NCBI GenBank assembly: GCA_040954595.2
Contig: CM082584.2
Coordinates: 7,831,919-7,895,918 of the forward strand
DNA: 64,000 nt
Reading direction: 5' to 3'
Source: Balanoglossus misakiensis
Lineage: Eukaryota; Animalia; Hemichordata
Shown: piece after piece, positions 41,626 to 55,300 of the stretch
How positions within the stretch are numbered: the first letter of the stretch is position 1
Layout: the number at the start of each line of letters is the position of its first letter
The notes under the pieces: model-generated
Databases searched by the model: none
What the model was told of the DNA's origin: nothing
What the model saw: only the letters and a program-made list of their open reading frames with translations
Made by a program: the position numbers and the translations under genes

Positions 41626-44453
41626 CGTCTGTGAGAAAAAAAAGCCACAAGTCTTTTTTAGTTTCCCTCCGAGCGAGTCACGATCTCTCTATCCTGGAGC
41701 TCGATCGATTGGCTCTCCACTCCCTATATATCAGGAGACGGGTTGGGCGTACCTCGCAACAATCAATTTCTTAAATTGTCCCAGCTACCTGCTACAGATG
41801 CCAGTTGTATTATAAGAACTGGTAGTACGAAGGCACGAACAGACCGAAACGCGGTCGTCGGCGGACAAATATCGAGTCCCACAGTCTAATTGGTTCCGAT
41901 AACAGTGGTATGCCTGCCAAGTTCTCTATCGCGTTGTGCCAGTCTGTGAGAAGTGGAAGTTGCCTTTTAGTTGGTGCCGAATAGCGCGATGGGTCGCGAT
42001 TTGTATTGATTTGCGTGTCACTGTGTCAATAACACAGGGCACACGCGAACGGCCAGGCCAATCCAAATCATAGTTTCTCCATTTCCACGTAACCACGACC
42101 GCAAACCCAACACCCCGACTAAACAAAATCGTGACCTTATCTGCTAATCAACCAATAAAACCCATCGCCCTAACATGATTTACTTCGACCGGTGACCTCT
42201 GGCCCTTTCATTACATAAAAGAACGCCTCTCAACCAACAAAACCGTGTCTCCAGGACTGTGCGGAAAGTATCCACGTACACACCACGACAATCGTTATCG
42301 AATTTTTCAGCCTGCAATGTGGGTCGCATGGGCCTGTATCCAGGCTATTTCACGCGCTGGCTGTTATTTCGTTGTAAATCACCGCAACGGGACCACGATT
42401 ACAATATGTTTTGTTTAACAGCCGTTTGAGCAGTTTTAGTACAACCGACGTGAAAAGTTAGAGGCGGTTGGGTCATTCGAGGGCAGAGTAATACGATACA
42501 AGCAGACTGTTCCCAACTCCCGGCGATTTTTTCCGTGGATTCAATTACAGGCTGAAATCTCAGGACGCAAGCGGCAGGGCGCCTATGGCCTGTGCGTAAT
42601 CACCCCGGCGATTTTCGATGACGCAGTTTCCCACACTTTCAGTGACGAAAGCGATCTCACCATAGCGATTATCGACATTACCGCGTATCTAGACAACTTG
42701 GAAATTTGCACTTGTTTACTTGAAGGTTTCGAACCGTGCTAAATCCTTTCATCGCCTCCAATATTCATTGAGGGATGTGTTGGCGTTGGTAAACACTCTT
42801 ATGAACATATAACATCGTAGCATCACCAGGTGTAATAAACTGTGATATAAAATGAATGCCCCCTGTATATTCAATACAGCTATGAATGATAATAGTTACT
42901 GTACACATTCTGGTAGGCAAACCGTACAATTAAATATAAATCTCAAGTGTAGAACTTGGGGTATCAAATAATATCCTGCCCAATGTCCAAAAAAGTCGCA
43001 GTGAAACTATCCACACTATATTGCATACAGTATTTCTTGGGCTACATCAAAATGAAAGATAATTGGCCATGTCATGAAGTTTACCGGGGCATATTCAGTA
43101 ATTGGCCGATCGCGTAAAAAGTGAACAGCCACGTTTTACAACACAAAATTGCCAGTCTCGTTTCATGTTAAATTTACGAGAACATGAACTCTTACCGTGC
43201 AATTTAGTATATCTTATGCGAGTTTAGGGTGATGAGCGTGCCATGTGGCATAGTATCTGTACCAAAATGAAATAATTCCGTTTCTGTATATCAACCACGG
43301 TTGTTGTTCTACTCTCCAAAGCTCCCCGAAGCCCGTAAACAAAACCTGAATATGTGCGGCCATTATCGATCACTCAGCCGAATATCAATTGATGTAAGAC
43401 TGTAAATTAGCATTTCAAAAGACGTTGACCTCTTATTTGTGGGCCCTGTATAATTTGCATATTAGTCCTCAACATCTGTACCTGAATATAATAGCTAGAA
43501 CAGTCAGACTATGGTACTTGCATAAACGATATAGCAGGGAATTGATTTTCGTAACACTTGTCTCGCGCTTGTTTTGAACCAATTACATCGATTGCCTCTA
43601 ATCCCACCATGCCAGGCTGTATTACGCCATCGTGGTATTTTGACTAAATTATTCAAGAGCGACGTCGACGGACAGCCTGGGTAGTATTTCATCAGTCAGT
43701 GCCCTTTAAAACCAACAGTAAACCCCCCCCCCCCAAATTGGTCACGATTCTCGTGAAGAAAATGACAAGAAACTACGAATATTCCTTGAAATTGTAAGAT
43801 GACGCAGGGGTCGGGTCAAGTAAACGGCAAGTTGTTAATTCAGTTTCATCGTAAACGTGCTCTTGGGTTAAATATTCTCAGGAGAAACGCATAGACTTGA
43901 ACTATAAATTGTAAAGGGTGGACTTGAAGAAGCTTCTCAATTTCTCCCCAAAAAGTCAAGTATTTTATGTTGAGGTTCAATACCCATCGTCCGCTCGCAC
44001 GGGTATGGCTGGCTCGACCACAGTCTCCCTAACGAGCTATTTTTTCCGAGATCGAGACTTTGGCGGGTGAAGATGACGCAATACTATGAGGCAGAACGGT
44101 CGATAACCTAAGTACGGTGACGTTCAACTTATCACCCGCGTCCGAATGACATCATTCGACGTGAAAAGAATGTTTACCAAAGTCACAGACTAGCCACCTG
44201 TGGATCGCAGAGTGTATTTACACAATAAAATCCAAGGTATTGCAGTTGCAGGATTAAATCAATGTCCTGTTGTTTTGTTCCTTGCATTCGGGAGGACAGT
44301 GATGACTTATTACCACAGAAGTATCCCGTTTATTTCCAATGCAAAATAACACTCTAATCGAGTGCATGAATATGCATGTCCAATATAAATAACCCGTTTT
44401 GATCCGCAAATTAAGAAGTGACAATTATCCGTAGATTTTTTTTTGCATTTTAA

Positions 44454-45248
44454 GATGGGTCCCTAGGATCTTTTTGCTCGTTGCTATGGGCCTTTATAGG
44501 ACACTACACTCAATTTTGATCGAAACCGTTATAAACGTCCGACAAGGGGCTTGTAACTAGTTAAAAATACGCACGATTGTGTGCACACCCCCTGTCTGAG
44601 TATGTTTACGGCAGCTACCGCCCGGCCATAGGCCGCCACGCTAATACGGCAAAGCAGCGGTCAGCGATAGCGTGCGCGTCCTGTAACCACAGTAACTGGA
44701 TCGAACGCTAAAAATCCAATGTTTTGTACACAGAGATTTTGTACCGTTCACGAAAATCCCTAAGGCTTTTTTCACAGGCGACGTAGGCCAGCCAAATTTG
44801 ACCTGCTTGTTGAGAACGCACTTCCGCATAGTGTGACGGATCGTTTTTTCGGTTTTCGTCGTGCTAAGAAGCGATACCAGTGGAAGAGTGCGTCCAAAAA
44901 CACCCAAAATCGATGACTTTTTCAGGTGTGGTACGGGTATGCTGAAATCGTAGGATACAACGATAATATTCGAAAACAAAATCCGTCACGATCTTCCCTG
45001 GTTCAAGCAACTAATGAATACGTATCAAGTTCGTTTTTGAGGTCACGGAATAAAAAGCCTTAGGCTTTTGAAATTTGACCTAACTAATTTGCATATCAAT
45101 GGCGTCAGGGGGCGCGCGCTCACAATCGTGCGTATTTTTAACTAGTTACCAGCCCCTTGTTAGACTCTGAAAACGGCTTAGTCCAAATCGGGGTGTAATG
45201 TCCTATAAAGGCCCATAGCAACGGGCAAAAAGATCCTAGGGACCCATC
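44454..45248. mobile_element. Non-autonomous DNA transposon (MITE) with TTAA TSD, Kolobok-like
   Basis: TTAA at 44450-44453 and 45249-45252; imperfect TIRs of about 140 bp starting gatgggtccctaggatctttttgc and ending gcaaaaagatcctagggacccatc. RR...YY termini fit Kolobok rather than piggyBac (CCC). No transposase ORF. Confidence 0.8.
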
Positions 45249-48200
45249 TTAACTGATGACTTGGATGCACGTATTTTATATTTGTGAAGCCAAAGTGACC
45301 ACTCACATGCCCGTGGCCACATTTTCACACATGACCACCAACTAAAACACGAAAACTTAGCTGCACGTGATAATTAAAGTAAGTGGTAGAAATTTTCATT
45401 AGATGTTTGCCATCAGTCTTCTTGTCCAAACTTGCACGCCCGATTCAAGTCATTGTTTAGAAAGACTTCCACGCACACCCTAAACACACCACCATTAGGT
45501 CTATTTAAGCGAACAATTAGTTTTAAAGTAAATTCATGAATACAATAAGCAACTTGTCTGGTTGTTGCGTAGTTTGGTACGGACGCAACCGTTGGCACGC
45601 TATAGTTCCCTTTCGTGTTTGGGATTTGTTGCCTTGTTTGTTTTGTGTACATTTGTATTGCATTTAAAAACAACAACACGAATATGCCGACAAAACAAAC
45701 CTGTACAATCAAAACTTGCCATCGGTCCTCCCCAGACATATTTTCTAAACACCATGTGCCCCATACAGCTCACAGTCTCAGCTGAGGTATATTTTCACGT
45801 TTTCCCCAATATGCCATTTTCAAGCGAAGGATGTGTTATCAATAATACCACATCAGCTGAATATTGGAAGTTATGCGCATGCCCAGAGGGGAAGAACTTC
45901 AATATCCACAAAGAAACACTGTATGTACATGTATAGTCGCAGTCCTGCACGTCCACGAAGGCAGTAGACTTTTGAAAATGATATATACAAATTGAATTTT
46001 GTGCAATGTTTACTAAACCGACAGGTCACGGGGGCCTTGACACGTCTGGACTAGAACAGTCTGCGTTGCTTAGACAAGGGAAGCGAGAGTATAAGATCGG
46101 ATAATACTTTGTGAAGACATTCCGAAAGATTGCAGCTGCCGAGGCTCTCAAGCGTGGACAGCGGGCTAATTGAATTATGACTGAACTCTCCGGTGCTGGG
46201 GACAGAAAACACCCCTATAGAAATTCGAAGGACACGTCGAAACGTTTTGTGAAATTTGGGGATTATGGCTAGACAATCGGAGTTTCCCAGGCAGCGTGCA
46301 AGAAGGATAAAATATTGACGTTTTTTATCACAACACGGAGGAAAAACAAACGTGTTGACAATAATCAAGTCGATTTTATTAACAACGGTTGCGCACGTGA
46401 AAGATATAAACCCACTGTACGGATACATATAAAAAAGCTAAGGCTAAGAAACACGGTCACGTGTGACTGTAAAATTAATAAACGTGTTCTTACATCACCA
46501 AAAGCTTACCAAAATGAATAATAATCTCTACCATCTATTCATTTTGGCTAGTTTTTCACTCTCGTGTCGACAAGTGGGATGGAAGTTGTTCACTATATAT
46601 CCACATGTAGAATAACATAAACGGTGTCTTGAATCAAACATAATTAATGGAAAAAGGACAGCGAGAGAGGGACTTTGTCACTTTAAACATATGATATCAC
46701 CAAATCAAGAAAGAAAATCACAGAGCACGAAGGCAATCAGAACCGACCAAATGCTAGATAGAGTAAGTATTGCATTTCACGAACAGTCAGACGAAAACAA
46801 TCCCACATTGATTCGCTGGCACAGCTCAAATCGAAATCTCTGCGAGTGGCATGGTTCGATCCCTTTCAGTCGATTTTGAAAGCCTTTTGTAGAGAAATTG
46901 AAAGAAGTTCTTGAGGTAAAAACACTCCCATGTAAATACAGCACTCTGCTATTTAACCCATTGGCCACAACATAAGCCGGACAATGTGACACCAAAAACA
47001 GGTCCAAACAATCATTTTAAAAGGTAAGCAAATTACCGGCTCCAAATGAAACAAGCAGGACAGTTATACAATAGCGCAATCTTGAACTTCTGGTAAGTGG
47101 AGTTACCAGGTGCACGCCCGGAATGAAGAGACGACCCATCCTGCTTGTACGCCCGCCAAGCTTGACCCAGAGTGACAAAATTCAGTGGCCGAACCCTCGT
47201 AGTGGCTGTAGACACAAAAACCCTTCCCCACTCGCAAGTTTCAACATCAAAACAGATTAATTCCTCGGCGTTCAAGGACTCTACGGTTGTCTCTATCGGC
47301 CTTTTCATCTCAAGTATCCATGTTTGCATTCGCACGACAAGTGACCAGGGAACATATCAATACGGGTCTGTACGTACGCCTGAAAAGAAGGGGTATTGTT
47401 ATCCAAACAAAAGGCATCGACGGACTCAGAACACATAGACACGCCACGGTACTCGAGAAGTTTGAATAGACAACCAAGACGGACAAAGAGAGTTCGCCGA
47501 GTAGATTTCTCAATCGAACAGCCTACTCGAAGGCAAGGAATTATATGCGATATCAATTTTCACCACGGTGGCAATCCGACGAGCAATTTTCAAGAATATG
47601 TTTGTGTCGCAACGACCTTTAAATAAATAAGACGCTGTTATTGAAATATATCACCCTCTAACGACTCTCCACTTATGAACTAGGCAATGCTGACATTGGA
47701 GACTAACGAACGACATGATAAAGGTGAAAATATTCTTTTAAGTTTTGTTTGTTGTGTTTGTTGAAAACTCAAGTACTACACTTCCCTGTAGATTACCCCC
47801 TTGATCAGATAAACAGAAAAAAACGATGACGACAATATACGTAACAATAAAAGAAACGATTGAAAAATAAACATCGTAAATATTTTTTGTCCACTGTAGT
47901 GAAATGAGTTTGGATGGATTATTCCATTATCGCGATAGGGAGAGAAGTCCACTCTTGTTGTCCCCCATCTTGATTTGGTACGCGTGGCGTTTGTGATGTA
48001 GTAGGTTCTCACAGCATACGTTCAAGGCAGCGTAGGTGTCGGGACAAAACATATTTATGTTTTTATGGAATTGAAAACAATCCTTGCATTTCCACACATC
48101 TTCTACACTGTGTCCACGATTCCCGGACACCATAGACGTACCAGCATGGAATGAAGGCGAGACATTCCCGGCTGGATGATCGTTCTAGGGTCGAGCGCCC

Positions 48201-48313
48201 TCATACAGTACACAAAGTTCGGTGCGCCTGGCAAGATTCACGCGATAGCGTTTGCAGGTGTATTTGGAGAGTTTTGTGCGATTCTCAGCGTCATCGGCCG
48301 CCCTTGAATCTCA

Positions 48314-48398
48314 TCACACGTTGACAGTGACTTCCATACTGTGTCGGTCTCTTTTTGGAACACGTGGACTTGAATTGCTTCCCGGGATCGATACTTCC
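48314..48398 (-). CDS. Prostanoid-type GPCR terminal exon: (R)EVSIPGSNSSPRVPKRDRHSMEVTVNV*
   Basis: 106-nt intron 48399-48504 with CAG|gtaaac donor and ttctctttgcag acceptor; phase 2 gives an open frame to TGA at 48314-48316. Confidence 0.6.
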
Positions 48399-48504
48399 CT
48401 GCAAAGAGAATGACTAGATTAGAATTGGTTTGATTTGATTTGATTAAATTCAATCAGTACCATGAGTACAAACGAAAACAAAGAGAGCTGTGCTCGCTGT
48501 TTAC

Positions 48505-48932
48505 CTGTGGATTTCGAGCGTCGAAGGCGGTACGGAGTCGGTATTGGCGTCTGTTGAGTTCTGCCCCTGCCCGCTGACGGCCGACAGCTCGCCTCCATAG
48601 ACGGTGCGCCCGCTACTGAAGTAGGAGAAACGCGAGTCGGCTTCTCCGTCGCGCGCCCACCGCATGGGAGAACAGCAACTATCGCAGCAGCTCTCCTCAG
48701 CCGGCGGCGGCGGCGCGCTCCTGCCGTCGGCGGAGCACACGACGATTGCCGACGGGTCCCCGCCGCCACCGTCGCCCCGGATACAACAGTGCTTCCTGAT
48801 GATCGGGGCGCGCGACAAAATGAAGACGATCGGGTTGATGGAAAATCGTGCCATAGCCAGTCTAAAAGCAATCAGCTCCATCGAGTTGTCTCGCCTGGCG
48901 CTCTGTTCCAGAGTGTCTACTAAAATTTTCAT
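48505..48932 (-). CDS. Prostanoid-type GPCR exon 2 (end of TM6, TM7, C-tail)
   Basis: atttcag acceptor at 48933-48935, phase 0. ELIAFRLAMARFSINPIVFILSR matches the prostanoid TM7 pattern (A-x-R-L-A...[DN]P-x-V-[YF]-IL-x-R). Cys clusters in the tail. Confidence 0.88.
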
Positions 48933-51438
48933 CTGAAATCAAATAAAATCAAAACAGTAAGCAATGAGCCATATCTACACAACGTGATGCAATTCAAGAA
49001 ATTGTCTTGTCTATTTAAACTCATAAAAGTAACATTTCTTCTGGCTACAGTGAAAATGCATCGATGTCCACATGTATAATAAACAATCTCTAGCACAATT
49101 AACCTTTCGCACCCACAACGTACCCTAAATTATGCAAACGATACAAAAAACAAGTTGCAGACGATACTTTTCACGCGTCACCTATCTTGATAATGTTAAT
49201 AGCTCTGGGAAGTTCCGCAAATGTTCGCGGTCTCCTGATACGCGCCTCGGGGACGTATTATCATAAAAACGATAGATCTCAAATCCTTTCCATTCACTGC
49301 TATAATTATGAAAGTATAGGGAGTGTCTTTGAAAAGAGGGAAGAAAAAAATATCCACCGTCTTGTTTTTCATTAAAATGTCACTACTTTTATTTTTCACC
49401 ATCTAGGTCTATAGAGTTAACACAAAGATTGGCGGCCATTTTGAATTGCAAATTTGAGACAATTTTGTTCTGTCATTAAAAATTTTGACCGGTGACCCCA
49501 AATTTTCATTGAATTTTATGATGCATTGATCAAAATAGGAGAAAAAAAGTTAAAGACTTCGATTTTCGAGGAGAATATCGTTTGCGTTGTATTTACTTCA
49601 ATCCGCGTCATCTTCGAAACCATGGCTCTATAAATACTTGAATGGCATAATTTACGGTCAGCACTTGTGCCATCCAAGCACGCCACACCGTATCTTGGTG
49701 TTATGCCCACATGCAGGGTGTGAGTAACCTCTTTACAAGCAGCTTTTTCACAGGCGGAAAACCATTTACGTCCCGCACGAACCAAACGCAGTCAAAATGC
49801 CCATGTACAAAGACGTGAAAAGATGGCGACCGAGTGCTAATGCACAGTGATATATCGACCTACTTGTCAGAGACTCGGGTTCCCCCCTTTTCCCCGAGAT
49901 GAATTTTCACCTTTCATAGAAAAAAACATACCCAGACAGCCGCTGGTGAAAAATGTTGTTGTCGCCTGACTTTTTGACAGTATAAAAGCTATGGTAATGG
50001 TTTTCTGCCTTCTTGGTGAACTTCACTGAGAAGTAATTGGCGTACACCGGAGGACGCTTTTAGCACAGAAGATCGGAGATATGACAGTGAGATGCAGGCC
50101 ATCACAGAGAAGAATCATTACAGGAAAGGTCCGTGATGCAAACAGTGGAGAGATATCTACAGAAAACACTGACTGGCGCAGCACAATGTGTACGGTGCCA
50201 TACATCATGACGTGGCATACAAATCAGGCGGTTCAGGCGATTCTAGATTTCGTCAATTATCAAAACAGTTATCCTTACCCCCTAAAAGCATATGATTGGA
50301 AGGCCACAGAAAAGAAACGTGGGATACGGCACGGCTTCCAAGCCGGCGAGGAACGGAACAGCTCACACGGGCAAGTCCAAATTAGCAGCTACGCCGCAAC
50401 ACAATGTGCGGGCTTTTATGTGAGGAAAAAATAATGAATGCACCACACCTGGTCACGCAAATATTCAAATTACGAAAGTAAACGAAAAACACACCTGGTT
50501 ACAAAACAATAGCCAACCGTTCACATTGGGAAAGAAATTAACCATTTTTAGCTGCTCACAATCAACCTACTCCGGATAGACCGTATGAAGCCTCCAAGGG
50601 AAGGCTAATGCATAAACCAGTGACGACAATTCACGAACGACTAAAATACGCGTGAAAACATTCGCACATTTCCGTCTTCGGTCGCGAAAGGAAATGGGTG
50701 CAATTTGGACCATAAAAACGAAAACGGGCCAACGGATGAACATTTCTCAGCTTGCTGCGAAGGAGAGAATTCTATGTACTGCTTCATACAATTGAACTCG
50801 GATCAGATTTCCTGCGTATAACATGTAGCCGATCCAAGTTCCTCATCCCATTATAGCTTTGTCATCAAACGATAACACAGCAATATACTCTTAAAAGCCA
50901 TCCGTGGTGAAAAATACTGTCGATTTTAAGGCCATGAAAAATATATACTTTTTAAAATTGTATACGAGGACATTTTACGCATGCGTTTTCATCCTGCATC
51001 AATTGCGAAGACGCAGTTGGTACAATGATGACGATGTTTGTGTAATATTAAATGAAAGCTTTGTTATTCTAGCAGTGCTGAAAAAACTGTTAAAACACCG
51101 GATATACCGGTTTATCAACACAGGGTTAAGTTAATGCGCCCTTGGCAATTTCAATTTCAATTTCGACAATCATCAACAGCATTCAAATGTCAGTAGGAAT
51201 ATTGCTGGCTATGACGACTGATTGATTATATTATTACAAGCAGCAATGTCTACGTGTATGTGTGTTGGGAGGGGAGGTAATTATTGATACGCAGAACAAT
51301 CATTGTAATGGCATAGGGTCCATCTAAAGATACGGATTCATCGACTTATACACCTTGAAGGTGTATCTTGTGGAAATTATTCCGGGAAGAGGCAACGATT
51401 CACACATAACTGAAGACCACCAAAAAAGCAATACTCAC

Positions 51439-52326
51439 TATAAGGGGCGTCCAACACGCAATAAACACACAGATGAAGGCGGTCAGCAATAAAACCATCT
51501 CCACGGCGGCGTGGCCCTCGCCCGGACCCTTTCGCCTCTCCGGCTTGATCTCGGTGACGCTGTTCCGTCGCTCCCTCTGCCGGATCTTGATGGTGATGCC
51601 GACGCTGGCCGTGCTGCCCGTCACGCCGATCATGACGCCCAGCACGGTGGCCACAAACAGGCTGGCGTAGAGCCGCTGCGACGTGTCCCGCGAGAACCAG
51701 TCGAAGAAGCACCAGGTGCCCGGGAAGTGGATGACGTTGTTGCCGAAGCCCACCGCCGGCAGGATGGCGACGAAGGCGGCCAGCACCCACGAGATGCCCA
51801 CCATCCACTTCACCTTGTGGCGCTCCATCCTGACGGCGTAGACGGCCGGGCGGCGGATCGCCAGGTAGCGCTCCAGCGACATCAGGGCGAGGAGGAAGGA
51901 CACCACGTACCAGTTGAAGAGCACCGTGACGCTGTGGCCGTCGCAGTACATCTCGATGTCCCGCAGCAGCCAGGTCCCGGTGACAGCGGTCCCCACCGGC
52001 GCGGAGCCGACGGCCGCGGCCGACAGAAGGTCGGTCCACAGCATCGCGGACAGGAGACGGTAGAAGATGATGTCCCGCTTGCGCTCCGTGATCCTGTAGA
52101 ACACCACCAGGGCCAGGACGCCCAAGAAGACGCTCGCCGAGAACGCCACCGTCGGGGTGGCGACTCCGACGTCGCCGAAGATGATCACTTTCTCCGTGTT
52201 GTTCTGCGGAGCCGGCATGCCGATGCGGTGAATGTCTTCGCTCGGAAATTTCAACTCTGGACAGTCGCCCACATCGTAGTCGTCTGTCACCGGCGACGAA
52301 GTAGGAGTGTTGCTGACGGTTGCCAT
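51439..52326 (-). CDS. Prostanoid (prostaglandin EP/TP/IP-like) receptor, class A GPCR, exon 1 (TM1-TM6)
   Basis: accATGG start; TDLL in TM2, MSLERYLAI (ERY), FPGTWCF in ECL2 (prostanoid-receptor signature) and CWTPLI, followed by a GTGAG donor at the end-of-TM6 intron position known in prostanoid receptor genes. About 466 aa with three exons. Confidence 0.92.
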
Positions 52327-55300
52327 GGTGACAAATCTGTCGTATGGTCATTAAAGGCTGCTTATTGGATGGCATCTAGATACCCGTGCAATGTGGGTTA
52401 TGAAAGTCGAGCGGTGCTCTCCCACTGGAGGCGGTACCGAAGGCATCATGCACAGTCTCTCCTCTCATCATCCGATACTCGCCAGTTTCCTGCATCAGAG
52501 AGATAAAAGAGGCGACAAATGATAATTTTTATCTCCCTGTGTCAGCGGAGGTCGAGCATCTGCGCTGGAAAATGGAAGGCGAGATGGAATCATTGCATGA
52601 TCAACGCAGACTTCCACCACGATGATACAGCGACATCAAAACATGAATTAGCCCGCCCGCGTACCATTAAAAGATAAACAACAATTCTCCGAGACGTTCG
52701 CCAAATAACTTTAAGTAGTGTTTAATAGCTAATAATACGGATCTGACTTTTTTTACCCATCGCAATTTCTTTCGGCGAATCTGTCAGATATCTTAAAACC
52801 GAGAATAAATCGACAAGAAATGACGACGAGAATGGCGAGACTGAAAAGTCACATTGTTGATAGTGTCGTCTGATACGTTATATCATTGAGTTTGAAAGGG
52901 TCCATTACGTAAAATTCGAAATCATTACAAGAGGCGGTGTGAGATTCTATAGACACTATCACAACTCCACTTCAAGACCCAATAAATGATTGTATGTTGG
53001 TTTTGATGTGGTATAAACACTGTAATGGACACTTTTGCATCAAAAGCTTTCTACATCTAACTGTATAATGCAATTTTTTATTGAATATGCAAACACGCAG
53101 TTATTGGACATGCCACTGCTGAATGTCTCTATAAAACGTGAAATTAATATCAACATTAATTGTGGCAGTGAATTTTCCATCAGTTATTACAAATGCTCAT
53201 TGTAATTGTTGATTAGAAACTGCATGTGTCTCTTAATTAGGTTAATACAGACTAAGTACCGTGAGAACAGTTTTCCCGCAAATCTGGGTAATGTTGAGAT
53301 AATCTTCGCTCGCTGTGCGGGCAAAGTTTCTCGGCCATTGACGCCGCATAGGTGCAATTTATGAGACATAACTCTCAACGCTCAGTAATATCCATGAACT
53401 ATGCTATATCAGCTTTTCAAGGATTTCCTCGAGGTTGTATTTCAGCCAATGGGGGAGACCCGAGTCACAATCATGCAAGATGGCGATAAGAAACAGCGGC
53501 GTATAATTGATTTGATATCGAGAAAGATCGACCACACGAACGCGTGTTTTTATCTCGAGATTCACTCCAAGACCATTCTTCGAGCCCTTCTCTGTATAAA
53601 TCATTTTTGGCAGGAGTAATCTGAGGGAATATCGAAAACTATCTAAGATTCCCCAGGGGTGATAAACTCTGGATTACAGAACGTCGAGATCGCACCGCGT
53701 GCACCAATAGGTCTGATGAGACAGAAGAACAGTTTGAAAGGGCGGGCATGTAAACGGTGTACATCGATGGCAGTTTTTGATAGATCAGAACACACTGCCG
53801 TATAACGAGATTCCTAACCAGCGCCGGCTTGCACTGTTTATAGCAGACAAAAGAAATCACACCGAAAAAGGGTTACCAGTATCTATAGCCAAATGTTTGT
53901 CCCAGGTCGTGTTCTTCGAGTTGGTTGTTCTGTTCGAGACGTGTGAGGCCAATATAGCAACACCGTGTTGTTAAAAACGACAACCAAAGACATTACTCCG
54001 CCCCCAAAAGAAGAAGACGCAGTTATTCCTTGCTATGTCAGTAGGTGTGTCGGCAAAAAAAATGCGTCAACACAAAACAGGAGTGCCGGGCCGCCAACGC
54101 ACAGCTTTAGTGTGTTTATATTTAGAGCATCGTCAAAGCACTGTCGTAAAGCGATTTCTTGTAGAGAGCTAACTACAAGCAGAAGTCCGGTAATTTTGAA
54201 AATTGCCTCTTGCCAATTTGGGATTAGGCGGAAGTTTAATGTGCACTTTATGTAGCGTGTGTATGATTCGAAGGATTTAAGAATAACGTCGAGAGATGAA
54301 TTTTATGACATATATTGTATTTCTTGTGACACTGATGTCAACAATAACAAATCGGTCATAACAACGTTTCCTTCACAAGATTAAACAGAACGGGAAAAGT
54401 ATTTGTACTTGATTGGTTTACAAAGAAAATATTTGAGAAAATTATTAGCCAATAGCCATTTTGTCATTTTAAATCTTCAACCGCGTTACTTAGCTTTCCC
54501 CTTTAAAATAGGATATGTTTTTTTCGAAGATAGGTGATATTAAAATTTGTATTTGGACTTGGCTGCTACGCGTACTTCAGGGGCTATGTAGATGTCAGAA
54601 GCGCTTTTATTTTAGGCTATTTTCATCTGCCTAAATTTAAAAAACGGCCAGATAATTGCGGTGGCTGCCAGGCCTAATAGTTGCAACATGGATGGATTAG
54701 ACGTAGTGGGTGACTTTCAAGTGAAGAAACCATTAATGTTTTTTTGTTGAAGTCACGGCAACTACCCATGTGCAAACCTATCACGGAAACTTTAAGCTAA
54801 AATAAAAATTCAGAAGTGTCTGATGCACTCACTCTTCCAAATCATTGACAAGCTTTGCGGAGAAAAATACAAACCACTTGACCAAAATACTGAAAGTAAA
54901 TCAAAACTTTACACTTACTTCTGCCTTAAAGATGCAACATTCAAACAATATGAGTTTTTGAAACTCAAGACAGCGGAGCGGAAAAGATGAAGATTGTCCA
55001 AGACTGACTGGCCCTGGTCGCGTCTGCTGCTTCATTACTTGACTAGAAATTGAAACTGATATTCCAGTGATTGGCAGTATTGATCGAATCGATAAACCGA
55101 CTTCGGAACACTTTGTCCTGTCGATAAACCCTCTTAACGATATTCAAATGATCAAAGTGGGTCTTTACATCAGCCAAGAGCCATTTTCCTTTCAGAAAAA
55201 AAAATGGCGTGGATCTGTAACTGTAGCAGTCCGTGATGAAATCTCAGGGTCCAGTTGACGGATTTGGAACACGGATAGTATATTTTGCGGAGATGACGGC

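Noticed and set aside
40487-41815. Several overlapping ORFs, including 40556-41281 (+, 241 aa)
   Set aside because: Antisense or alternative-frame shadows of the GC-rich 437-aa ORF.
46810-46866. GGTTCGATCC B-box-like motif (tRNA or SINE)
   Set aside because: No cloverleaf or convincing A-box, and no second copy seen.
48419-48936. Alternative-frame ORFs over GPCR exon 2
   Set aside because: Only the 48932 frame has TM7 motifs and the correct splice phase.
51377-52506. Long ORFs 51511-52506 (+, 331 aa) and 51377-52375 (-, 332 aa)
   Set aside because: Shadow frames of the GC3-rich GPCR exon; Arg/Gly/His-rich with no recognisable motifs.
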